Below are positions 9,601 through 17,500 of a DNA stretch of 32,000 nucleotides, in pieces (within the stretch, counting starts at the first letter, position 1; every line of letters starts with the position of its first letter). This DNA comes from Methanobrevibacter olleyae (lineage in GTDB: Archaea; Methanobacteriota; Methanobacteria; Methanobacteriales; Methanobacteriaceae). The notes under the pieces were generated by a model. That model was given only the letters and a program-made list of their open reading frames with translations, was not told where the DNA came from and ran no database searches. Location of the stretch: the NCBI RefSeq assembly GCF_900114585.1, contig NZ_FOTL01000021.1, forward strand, positions 6,746 to 38,745. Direction: 5' to 3'. Made by a program: the position numbers and the translations under genes.

Positions 9601-12600
9601 GGTTATGGATTCGAAATAGGTCCAGCTAATGTATTTGTTAATAACAAAGCAACACAAGGAGGAGCATTATATCTCGGCGGTAATTCATTTACTGGATTTG
9701 GTAGTTATTGTATATTTATAAATAGCACAGATGATAATGGTCGCCCAGTTGTAAAACAAAGTGCAGGCCGTGCATTAACTCTTGATAATTGTTATTGGGG
9801 AACTAACACCCCTGATTTCAGTGCTTTATGTAATGGAGCAATAAACTACACTAGTTATTTAATATTAAATATTAGTTCAGATGTAAATAGTGTTCGTGTT
9901 GGAGATAGTGCAGTAATTACTGTTGATTTAACTAAAAACCAAAATGGAACAACTGTTGATATTAACTCACTTCCAAGTGTTCTTCCTTTAATATTCACTG
10001 TTGAAAATGGTAATGTTAACCCTATAGAAACTGAACTTCTAAATGGCATTGGATTAACTGCATATTCCCCTGCCGTAATGGGTGAAGGTTCTGTAACTGC
10101 TAATATTTATGCAATAGCTGAAACTTTAAGCTTAGAAGTATTACCTGAGTTAGGAACTGTATTTGTTAATTACACTGGTGGTTTAGATACTAATGATGGT
10201 AGTAGTTGGGATAATGCTATAAAAACAATAAGTCATGCTTTAGAAATTGTTGGTGAAGGAAAAACAATCTACATTGCAGATGGACTTAACTATTTAGATG
10301 ATTCTACAGCTGATGGTTTAGATATTGGTAAAAATCTTTCTATTGTTGGTATGGGAGATGATGTTGTAATCGATGCGAATAATAATGGTAGAATATTCAG
10401 CATTGGTGCTTATACTGTTAATTTATCTAATTTAATCTTTATTAATGGTAACTCTTCTACTGCTACTGATAAACGTGGTGGTGCTTTATATGTTAATGGT
10501 ACTACATTAATTATTGATAATTGTAAATTCATTAATAACACTGCAGGTACTAAAGCTGCAGCCGGTAATGTTTCAACTTATGCTGGAGCTATTAATTTAA
10601 AATCTTCAACAACCACCATTATCAATTCAGAATTTGAGGGTAATACTGCATGGTCTACTGGTGCTGGCATTAATGCCGAAAATTCAAATGTTTTATTAAA
10701 CATTTCAGATTCAACATTTATAAACAATATACTCTTAAACAATGGTTGGTCTGCAGGAGCTGCAATCTGTGCTTATAATACTGTCATAATTAATAAATCT
10801 GTATTCTATGGTAATAGATTAACTGATGAAACTAGAAATGGTAGAACTATTAATCAATATGGAAATGGTAGTTTAACAATCACTAACTCCATTTTATTAG
10901 ATGGTGAAAAAGGTGTATGGATTGCAGCTGGCCCTACTACTTTAGAAAACAATTGGTGGGGAAATAACAATGCTAACAAAGATACCAATCCAGAAGACTT
11001 AGGATACACAAATGCAAATGTAAACTCATACTTAGTATTATCTTCTAAAATAGAACAAGAAAATATTTACAATGGTGATTTAGTAACAGTTACTACTACT
11101 TTAGAAAACAATGAAATTGAATTACCTATAACATTAAATGTAAATATAGGTGAAATTACACCTAATGAAGCTACCATAACTTCTAGTGAAGTATCTATTT
11201 ATAATGCTACTACTTTAGGTGATGCAGTAATCACCATAGATGTTTTAGGCATTAAAAATGAAATTAATTTCTTTGTAAAAGAAACTCTTCCTAATGTTAA
11301 CATTAGCCAAATTAAAACTCAATGGGCTGATGGCATCTATCCTGGAGTAAACAATACTTTCAATATTACATTAAACAATGGAGGAGATGAAAGTGTTGAA
11401 AATTTAGTACTTGAAGTTTATTCAAATGAAACCGGTGAATTAATTGCTAGTTACACTATTGATTCAATAGTAACTGGAACTTCATCAATTTTAGTAACTG
11501 ATCCTACAATCCGTCCAATAACAGAAGAAAGCCTATGGCCAGCTCCTCAAAATAATAAAATTAAATTTACATTTAATTTAATTAGAGGTGAAGATTTAGT
11601 TACTAGTGTAAGTGTTGATAAAATGCTTGCATATAATGGTTACTTCAATAAAACCTATGCATATGGTGGCCATGATAATATTATTAATAGAAATTACACA
11701 ATTTCTGGAGATATAATCATTGCTACTCAAGATGTAAGTACTTATGGTGATCAATATACAAGATTCAGAAATGAAACTTGGAACATTGAAACACCAGAAG
11801 ATGCAGAAATTGTAAAAGTTTTATTATACTTTAACTATAACTGGGATACATCATTCTTCCCTAATGGTTGGAATTTAACATTTAATGATGTTGATATCCT
11901 TAATGATTATCTCACTCATGAAACTGATAGAGGTAACCTTGGTGGATGGGGAGCATATAATTATGGTCTCTTAGTCTTTGATGTAACAGACTATTACAAA
12001 ACTAATGAAAATAATAGTTTTGTTATAAATAAAACAGGAAATTGTGCATTATATCCATCTACATTATATGTTTTATATAATCTAACTGATAGTGCTTATG
12101 TTAAAGATGTATACTTCTCAGATATCTGTGATGTATATTATCCTAACTACAATCAATTTGGATATGATGACTTACTCAAAACAGTTGTTAACTATAATGA
12201 TATTAATTTAGATAATTTAGCTAATGCTATATGGTATGTATTTACTGGATCAAGTAGTATGAATAATAATTTAACATTTAACGATGGAGTAGTAGTTAAT
12301 CCATTCAATGGTTACACAGCTAATGATTGTCGCCCATACATCTATGATGTAACTAGTTTGATTAAAAATAATAATGAAGCTTGGTTTATCACAGGTACTC
12401 AATCATCAACTACTGTTGCTTATGAACAAGTTTTAGTTGTTGGAAGAATAATTAAAACTGAAACTTCTATCACTGTAGCTAATGACACTGTCAATTTAAC
12501 TTATGGTGATGAATTTGAAATCGGAGCTACATTAACTCCTACAGAAGCTGGTGAATTAACATATACAAGCAGTAACGAATCTGTTGCCATTGTTGAAAAT

Positions 12601-14313
12601 GGTAAAATTATTGCTAAAGCATTCGGAAATGCAATTATAACAGTTTCATTCGAAGGAAACGAATATTACGAGCCTTCAAGTGCTACTATAGACGTAACCG
12701 TTAACAAAAAGGCTGTGAATATTGTTCCTGATCTAGTTCTCAATGATAAGTACTACCCGGGAGTGGTTACTATTATTATTAGATCTGATGTCGATGGTCT
12801 TTATAATGTAACTGTTGGTAAAGATACCGCTGAAGTTAACGTTACTGATGGTTTAGGATATGAATCATTCATAGGAATTGATGCAGGTATACAAAATGCA
12901 ACTGTAAAATTCTTAGGTAATGAAATCTATAATGAAATTACTGTTAATAGAGAATTTGAAATTTTAAAGCAAGTAGTACCTAACTTTAATGTTGAATTTG
13001 GTGATGCAACTTATCCAGATAATGTTACTGTCTTAATCAATGGTCCTTCTGGAACTTATACTGTTAAAATTGACGATGAACACTCTGTTGAAATCGTAGT
13101 TGATGAAGATAATGTTGGAATTGGCAGTATCAGTGGTTTAGCTGCTGGTACTTACTCTAATGTAAATGTATCTTATGGTGGTAATGATAATGTAGAAGAG
13201 GGTTTTAAACTCTACACTATCACAGTTAAAAAACCGGATTCCAAAGAAAACATATCTGATATTATAGAAATTAACACAACTGTTCTTGAAAACTCAACTG
13301 ATACTGTATTTAGTATTATTTTACCTAAAAATGCTACTGGTTACTTATTAGTGGATGTTAATGGTAAACATTATTATGCTCCAGTTGAAAACGGTACTGC
13401 TTCTCTTGCTATCCCAGGATTAGCTCCTGGAAACTACAGTGCAACAGTTACTTACACTGGTGATGATAACTATGCTTCCGTTACAAAGACAACAACTATT
13501 AGTGTTCCTTCAAATGTTCCAGATAATGCTTTTGATATTCCTAAAACCAGTGAAAGCAGTTCCGCAACTTATTCAGTTAAATTACCTCCAGATGCTACTG
13601 GTTATCTTGAAGTAGATGTTGATGGAACTAAATATGTTGCTGCTTTAAATAATGGATTTGCTAGTGTTACTGTAGCTGGTTTATCTGAAGGAAAACATAA
13701 TGTAACCGTTACTTACACTGGTGATGGTAAATACTCTAGTGTTAGAAAATCTACAACTTTAAATGTTCATATTCCTGTATATAAAATTACAAAAAATAAG
13801 AACGTTGCAGCAATTTATTCAGCTAAAACATCTTACAAAGTTCTTATAACTAAAGATGGAAAAGCTGTTGGTGCTGGTGAAAAAGTAACTATCAAATATA
13901 ATGGTAAAACATACACCGTTAAAACTGATAGTAAAGGTTATGCAAGCTTAAAACTTAACACTAAAATAAAAGTCAAAAAATATACTATTACCGCAACATA
14001 CAAAGGTGTAAAAGTATCTAACAAAGTTACAATCAAACACGTAATTAAAGCATCCAACAAAAAAGTCAAAAAGTCCAAAAAAGTTACTAAAGTAAAAGTT
14101 TCCTTGAAAAAAGTTAACGGCAAATATCTTAAAGCTAAAAAACTTAAAATCAAATTCAGTGGAAAAAATTACAAAGTAAAAACCAACAAAAAAGGAGTAG
14201 CTACTTGGAAAGTTAAAAAATCCATGCTTAAAAAACTTAAAGTTGGTAAAAAATACAAATACAAAGTAACTTACGGAAAAGACAGTTTAACTAAAAAATT
14301 AACCATTAAATAA
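6619..14313 (+). CDS. Giant secreted adhesin-like surface protein (2564 aa)
   Basis: TTG start with a GGAGG SD at 6608-6612. Signal peptide MRNNVKNSSLFLILLIVLVLSISSTFA. Reading order: an acidic N-terminal region; module A (about 6969-7755, VSGGIDF...VNVYSGSG...FDGKIKLISLLFAFDDGD); three beta-helix-type units with recurrent NxT/GGA turns, each ending in NNWWG or CYWG (about 7771-11030), each followed by an Ig-like segment; a CARDB-like segment plus module B (about 11290-12450); a Big_2-like domain (about 12465-12705); further Ig-like repeats; and a Lys-rich tail (13768-14310). Modules A and B may be DUF3344-type. Confidence 0.9.
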   Translation: MRNNVKNSSLFLILLIVLVLSISSTFAQDLDNSTDDLAVYNDGESISIENQDYEYEDISSVNDDVYTAESTSVVNDDEYETDTLSVANEGPNAMDTVYSVNYEENLGYGETVPPMPEVDSGVVSGGIDFTAVNPWTTSGNLVYTIPDGMTNLKSAIVIVNVYSGSGANTYALYSNVSLDTKNGLEELGYEALYFDTTTTNDPNVYLINDHTTKQYSDCQMVYNITNKVNSLSSGDLIKINVVDSPYPDKNFDGKIKLISLLFAFDDGDNDKYAYWLHAGQLWTQDTANFDFNTQDYTGATNNMTLRTIALSSSVANSYKINNITAPYDSSSQGSYYLDIKWNNLRTYFNEGNKTNFWYQNTAASYKTNVALLTASELESEQPLTEVYVDYANGNDGNLGTSLSTAFKTISHALSVVEENGIININGVNYLDDVDVNGLNIDKNISIIGLGDDATIDAKNISRIFNIGAYTVNLSNLAFTNANVASASDKRGGALWVNGATLTIDNCKFINNTAGASSSYGGAINLKSTSTTIKNSYFENNSAFYTGGGINAENNNVLLNISDSIFTLNEVLNTGWATGAGICAYNTVIIDRSSFYGNKLAEGKNGRSINEYSTGNLTITNSILLDGTNSVYVTTGPTTLENNWWGNNDTTKDSTPKDLGYTNADLSSYLYLNMTAFASGMGVGDTASININLVSTDDETINIMNLPATLTAVNGNVNPEETELVNGLGSAVYTITTAGDNSVTVHVLGIEDTYSLSSEDIISTEVVYVNSTGGSDTNPGNSWDNAVKTIEKAISIVDDNGTIYVADGLYQLSDSTPATGIAITKNISIIGQSVNAVISGGNTKRIFTIGVNKTLNITSLTLTNAHASGSAYDFGGAILIEDSGNTNPIVAGNLIITDSVISNSYASYGGAIGTNRGTIDNINNVTFINNSALSGGVFYIQQKGTLTIGDNCKFINNTASGRGSVTYAQAKVTTGKNNFFYGNIATGNYGYGTVFGYGFEIGPANVFVNNKATQGGALYLGGNSFTGFGSYCIFINSTDDNGRPVVKQSAGRALTLDNCYWGTNTPDFSALCNGAINYTSYLILNISSDVNSVRVGDSAVITVDLTKNQNGTTVDINSLPSVLPLIFTVENGNVNPIETELLNGIGLTAYSPAVMGEGSVTANIYAIAETLSLEVLPELGTVFVNYTGGLDTNDGSSWDNAIKTISHALEIVGEGKTIYIADGLNYLDDSTADGLDIGKNLSIVGMGDDVVIDANNNGRIFSIGAYTVNLSNLIFINGNSSTATDKRGGALYVNGTTLIIDNCKFINNTAGTKAAAGNVSTYAGAINLKSSTTTIINSEFEGNTAWSTGAGINAENSNVLLNISDSTFINNILLNNGWSAGAAICAYNTVIINKSVFYGNRLTDETRNGRTINQYGNGSLTITNSILLDGEKGVWIAAGPTTLENNWWGNNNANKDTNPEDLGYTNANVNSYLVLSSKIEQENIYNGDLVTVTTTLENNEIELPITLNVNIGEITPNEATITSSEVSIYNATTLGDAVITIDVLGIKNEINFFVKETLPNVNISQIKTQWADGIYPGVNNTFNITLNNGGDESVENLVLEVYSNETGELIASYTIDSIVTGTSSILVTDPTIRPITEESLWPAPQNNKIKFTFNLIRGEDLVTSVSVDKMLAYNGYFNKTYAYGGHDNIINRNYTISGDIIIATQDVSTYGDQYTRFRNETWNIETPEDAEIVKVLLYFNYNWDTSFFPNGWNLTFNDVDILNDYLTHETDRGNLGGWGAYNYGLLVFDVTDYYKTNENNSFVINKTGNCALYPSTLYVLYNLTDSAYVKDVYFSDICDVYYPNYNQFGYDDLLKTVVNYNDINLDNLANAIWYVFTGSSSMNNNLTFNDGVVVNPFNGYTANDCRPYIYDVTSLIKNNNEAWFITGTQSSTTVAYEQVLVVGRIIKTETSITVANDTVNLTYGDEFEIGATLTPTEAGELTYTSSNESVAIVENGKIIAKAFGNAIITVSFEGNEYYEPSSATIDVTVNKKAVNIVPDLVLNDKYYPGVVTIIIRSDVDGLYNVTVGKDTAEVNVTDGLGYESFIGIDAGIQNATVKFLGNEIYNEITVNREFEILKQVVPNFNVEFGDATYPDNVTVLINGPSGTYTVKIDDEHSVEIVVDEDNVGIGSISGLAAGTYSNVNVSYGGNDNVEEGFKLYTITVKKPDSKENISDIIEINTTVLENSTDTVFSIILPKNATGYLLVDVNGKHYYAPVENGTASLAIPGLAPGNYSATVTYTGDDNYASVTKTTTISVPSNVPDNAFDIPKTSESSSATYSVKLPPDATGYLEVDVDGTKYVAALNNGFASVTVAGLSEGKHNVTVTYTGDGKYSSVRKSTTLNVHIPVYKITKNKNVAAIYSAKTSYKVLITKDGKAVGAGEKVTIKYNGKTYTVKTDSKGYASLKLNTKIKVKKYTITATYKGVKVSNKVTIKHVIKASNKKVKKSKKVTKVKVSLKKVNGKYLKAKKLKIKFSGKNYKVKTNKKGVATWKVKKSMLKKLKVGKKYKYKVTYGKDSLTKKLTIK
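7771..11030 (+). repeat. Three intragenic beta-helix units; units 1 and 3 share long near-identical nucleotide stretches
   Basis: The 39-mer ggccctactactttagaaaacaattggtggggaaataac occurs at 8521-8559 and 10930-10968. gataattgtaaatt(t/c)attaataacactgcaggt occurs at 8128 and 10516. The offset is 2388-2409 bp, and unit 2 (about 8908-9850) is more divergent. Confidence 0.85.
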
Positions 14314-14326
14314 TAAACAATTTTTT

Positions 14327-14359
14327 GGAAGTATTAATTTACTTCCATTTTTTATTTTT
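14327..14359 (+). terminator. Stem-loop plus T-run downstream of the first adhesin-like gene
   Basis: ggaagta-ttaatt-tacttcc forms a perfect 7-bp stem (14327-14346). It is preceded by tttttt and followed by attttttattttt. Confidence 0.55.
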
Positions 14360-14400
14360 AAAATTGGCTAAATAAAAATAAAATAAAAGATTTTGTTTTT

Positions 14401-14484
14401 TGTTATAATTATATAATTAAATGAAAAATAAAAAAATACTTAATTTTTTGTATAATTACATAATTAAATGAAAAATAAAAAAAT
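14401..14484 (+). repeat. Imperfect 47-bp direct repeat that duplicates the TATA-like leader and start codon region of the second adhesin-like gene
   Basis: tgt(t)ataatta(t/c)ataattaaatgaaaaataaaaaaat occurs at 14401-14437 and 14449-14484. The true gene start ttaatgaaaaataaaaat at 14509 is a third partial copy. Confidence 0.9.
14421..14471 (+). CDS. Upstream ORF 1, 16 codons (MKNKKILNFLYNYIIK); translation unproven
   Basis: I read it codon by codon. Its TGA stop (14469-14471) overlaps the ATG of upstream ORF 2 (14468-14470) as ATGA. Confidence 0.3.
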   Translation: MKNKKILNFLYNYIIK

Positions 14485-14512
14485 TATATTTGAGGAAAAT
14501 GAGGAGATTTAA
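14468..14512 (+). CDS. Upstream ORF 2, 14 codons (MKNKKIIFEENEEI); translation unproven
   Basis: Its TAA stop (14510-14512) shares the A at 14512 with the ATG of the main gene (TAATG). The GAGGAG SD of the main gene lies inside this ORF (14501-14506). Confidence 0.3.
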   Translation: MKNKKIIFEENEEI

Positions 14513-17500
14513 TGAAAAATAAAAATATTTTATTAGCATTATTTTTGCTTTTATTAGCTTGTTTAAGTATACAAACAATTTCTGCTGAAAATATCGCTGA
14601 TAACCTTAATGAAATTGAAGCACTTGATTCATATTCAGATGACTTAAGTGTAAATACTCATTCAAATGATTTGAATATAGATTCCTATAAAAAATCAGAA
14701 CTATTATCCAATTCAAATCAAGAAACAATACCTGATGAAGAAAGAAATATATTGATCAACACAAACCAAGAAACAATCCTAAAGCAAAACACAAACCAAG
14801 AAACAATATCTGCACAAGGTAGTGATCCTTTACCTAATGTTGAGAATGGAACTGTTTCTGGAGGGATTGATTTTGTAAATATTCACCCATGGGCCCCTTC
14901 TGATGCTATTAATGGTAATAAAGGAAATATCACATATAACATTCCAAGTAATGCAAACATAAAATCTGCATATATCTATGTAAATATCTACTCTGGAAGT
15001 GGTGGAACCGCTTATGGTGCTTATGCAAATACTACCATTACAACTGCAAATGGTGAACAACTTCTCGGAAATGAATATTTATGGACATCTACTTCATCAC
15101 AAGATGGAGTTAATTATATTGTTAATGACCATATTACAAGATGTTATTCAGACTATATGATATTTTATAATGTTACAGAGATGCTTCAAGGTTTAAATGG
15201 TAGTTCTGTATCAGTAGATGTAATTTCTTACCCAATACCAGATAAGAGTTTTGATGGTAGAATTAAATTAATATCTCTATTTGTTGCATGGGACGATGGA
15301 GATGAGGATGAAATTTATTATTGGCTAAATGCAGGTCAAGCATGGAGTGATGATACTGAAAATGGTTTATCCCATAGCTTTGAGAATTTACCTGAGCTTA
15401 ATTATCTTGAAAAATTATCTACTTTAATAAATGTAGGAGCTTCAAGCACTGATGCAATGTATTATCTCGATGGAAGTATTCTGTTTTCCGAAAGTGAAGA
15501 TGATGAATATTTAAGTGGAGCATATTATCAATATCATAAATGGGATATTAGCCATTACATTATACCTGATAGTTTAGAATTAACTTATAAACCAGTTGGT
15601 GGAGCTTATGGCCCATCTTTTAAAGAGTTAATTTCCATTTTGACAATTCAAGACATTCCAACTTATGAGGAGGATGTAGCTGAAATTTCTATAACTCCAG
15701 AATTTACTGAAATTCCTTGTGCTTATGCAGGTACTAATAATACTTTAACTATTAAAATCACCACTAAAGCAGGAAATTACACTGTTAGATTATTAGCTGA
15801 TGGTCATGTTGTAAAACAAACTGAAATGAATTTGAATAATGGAACTAATCTTCTATTATTAACAGATTCTACTATTAGACCAGTTGATGAGTTTACTGTT
15901 AATGGTGAAGAGAATGAAAAAGTTAATTATACTGTTGAAGTTCTATCAAGAGGCAATTTAATCAATTCATCATCAATTATTCTTCCTATTTTGTACAATG
16001 GTTATTTAGGTAAAGATCTAGCTTATCCAAGTGGAGGGATTGAATCTTTCTTAAATATCACCATTAATGGAGATATTGTAATTGATATTCAAAATTATTC
16101 CCAGTATATAAGCCATAATATTCTTAATCGTAGCGAAGTTTGGAATGTTGATTTAGATGCTAATTCAAACATTGTAAAATCTTTTATTTATATTCCATAT
16201 TATGAGTTTAATTCTAAAACTTATGATGAAGACATTTATATGTTTAATGTTACATTTAATAATGTAAATATTAGTCCAATTGAATTATATAAAGACCATA
16301 GCAATTTAGGTATAGATTATTATTCTGGTTATGGAGTATTGCTTTATGATGTAACTAATCTAATTAGGAATGGGGAAAATGTTTTAGAATTGAATAAGAA
16401 ATTTGACACCCCTGCTGTTTACCCAAGTGCATTAATTTACATGTATAACACTACTCTAAGCAATTATATTAAAGAAATTTTTATTTATAATGGTGCTGAT
16501 TTACTTGAAAATATAAATAATCTCGCTAATAGAACTGTCCATAGTGATAGCGAAATTAATGTTAATTCACAGCTAGTATCAAATGCAAGTCTTTATGTTT
16601 TTGCAGGAGGTCCGCAAAATAACGAAGGAGATTTAATATTTAATGATGAAGTATACGAGAATATTTGGAATGGAACAATGGCATCTAATGAAGCATATTC
16701 TTTAGATATTACTAATAGTCTAAGAGATAATAATTCTATTTCTTTTCTAGCAACAGGTTCTAGAATTATAGCATTACAACAGATCATGGTTCTTACTAAA
16801 AATTTGGACATGTTAGATATTATATTAGAAAGCGAATATCCAGACACTTGTTATGCAGGTACAAATAATTCCATATTTGCAAATATTGCAGCTAATAGTG
16901 AAAAAAGGCTAACAGCAAGATTATTAGCTGATGGTGAAATTCTTAATGAAAGTGAAATTGATTTAATTTATGGTTTTAATGAATTTATATTTGTTGATTC
17001 CACCATTAGGACAGCTGATGAGTTTAGTGTTAATGGTGCTCAAAATAATATTGTGAATTATACTCTCCAATTATTATCTGATGATGGAATAATAGCTAAT
17101 AAGTCAATTTATCTTAACATTTTATATAATGGTTATCTATCTAAAGATTTAGCCTATCCTAAAGGAGCTATTGAATCTTTCTTAAATATCACCATCAATG
17201 GAGATATTGTAATTGATGTTAAAAATGCTTCATCATATATGAGTGATTTTGATATTGAACGAACTGATATTTGGAAAATTGATTTAGATAATAAATCTAG
17301 AATTGTTAAAGCTTTTGTTTATGTTCCATATGAATGGTGTAATATTAATCTCATAACAGAAAATGAAGACATATTTAATGTTAAATTTAATAATAATGAA
17401 ATAAGCCCTATTGCATGGTATAGAGATCAAAGTAATTTAGGGCAATATGGCAAATATGGTTATGGTTTATTTGTTTATGATGTTACTAATTTAGTTCTTA

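Noticed and set aside
8508-16847. Antisense track ORFs within the adhesin-like genes (8508-8837, 9451-9657, 9855-10049, 13938-14153, 14830-15060 and 16593-16847, all minus).
   Set aside because: Each is fully nested in a 5-8 kb sense ORF with clear signal peptide and domain structure. Open antisense frames of 60-110 codons are expected by chance in such long repeats.
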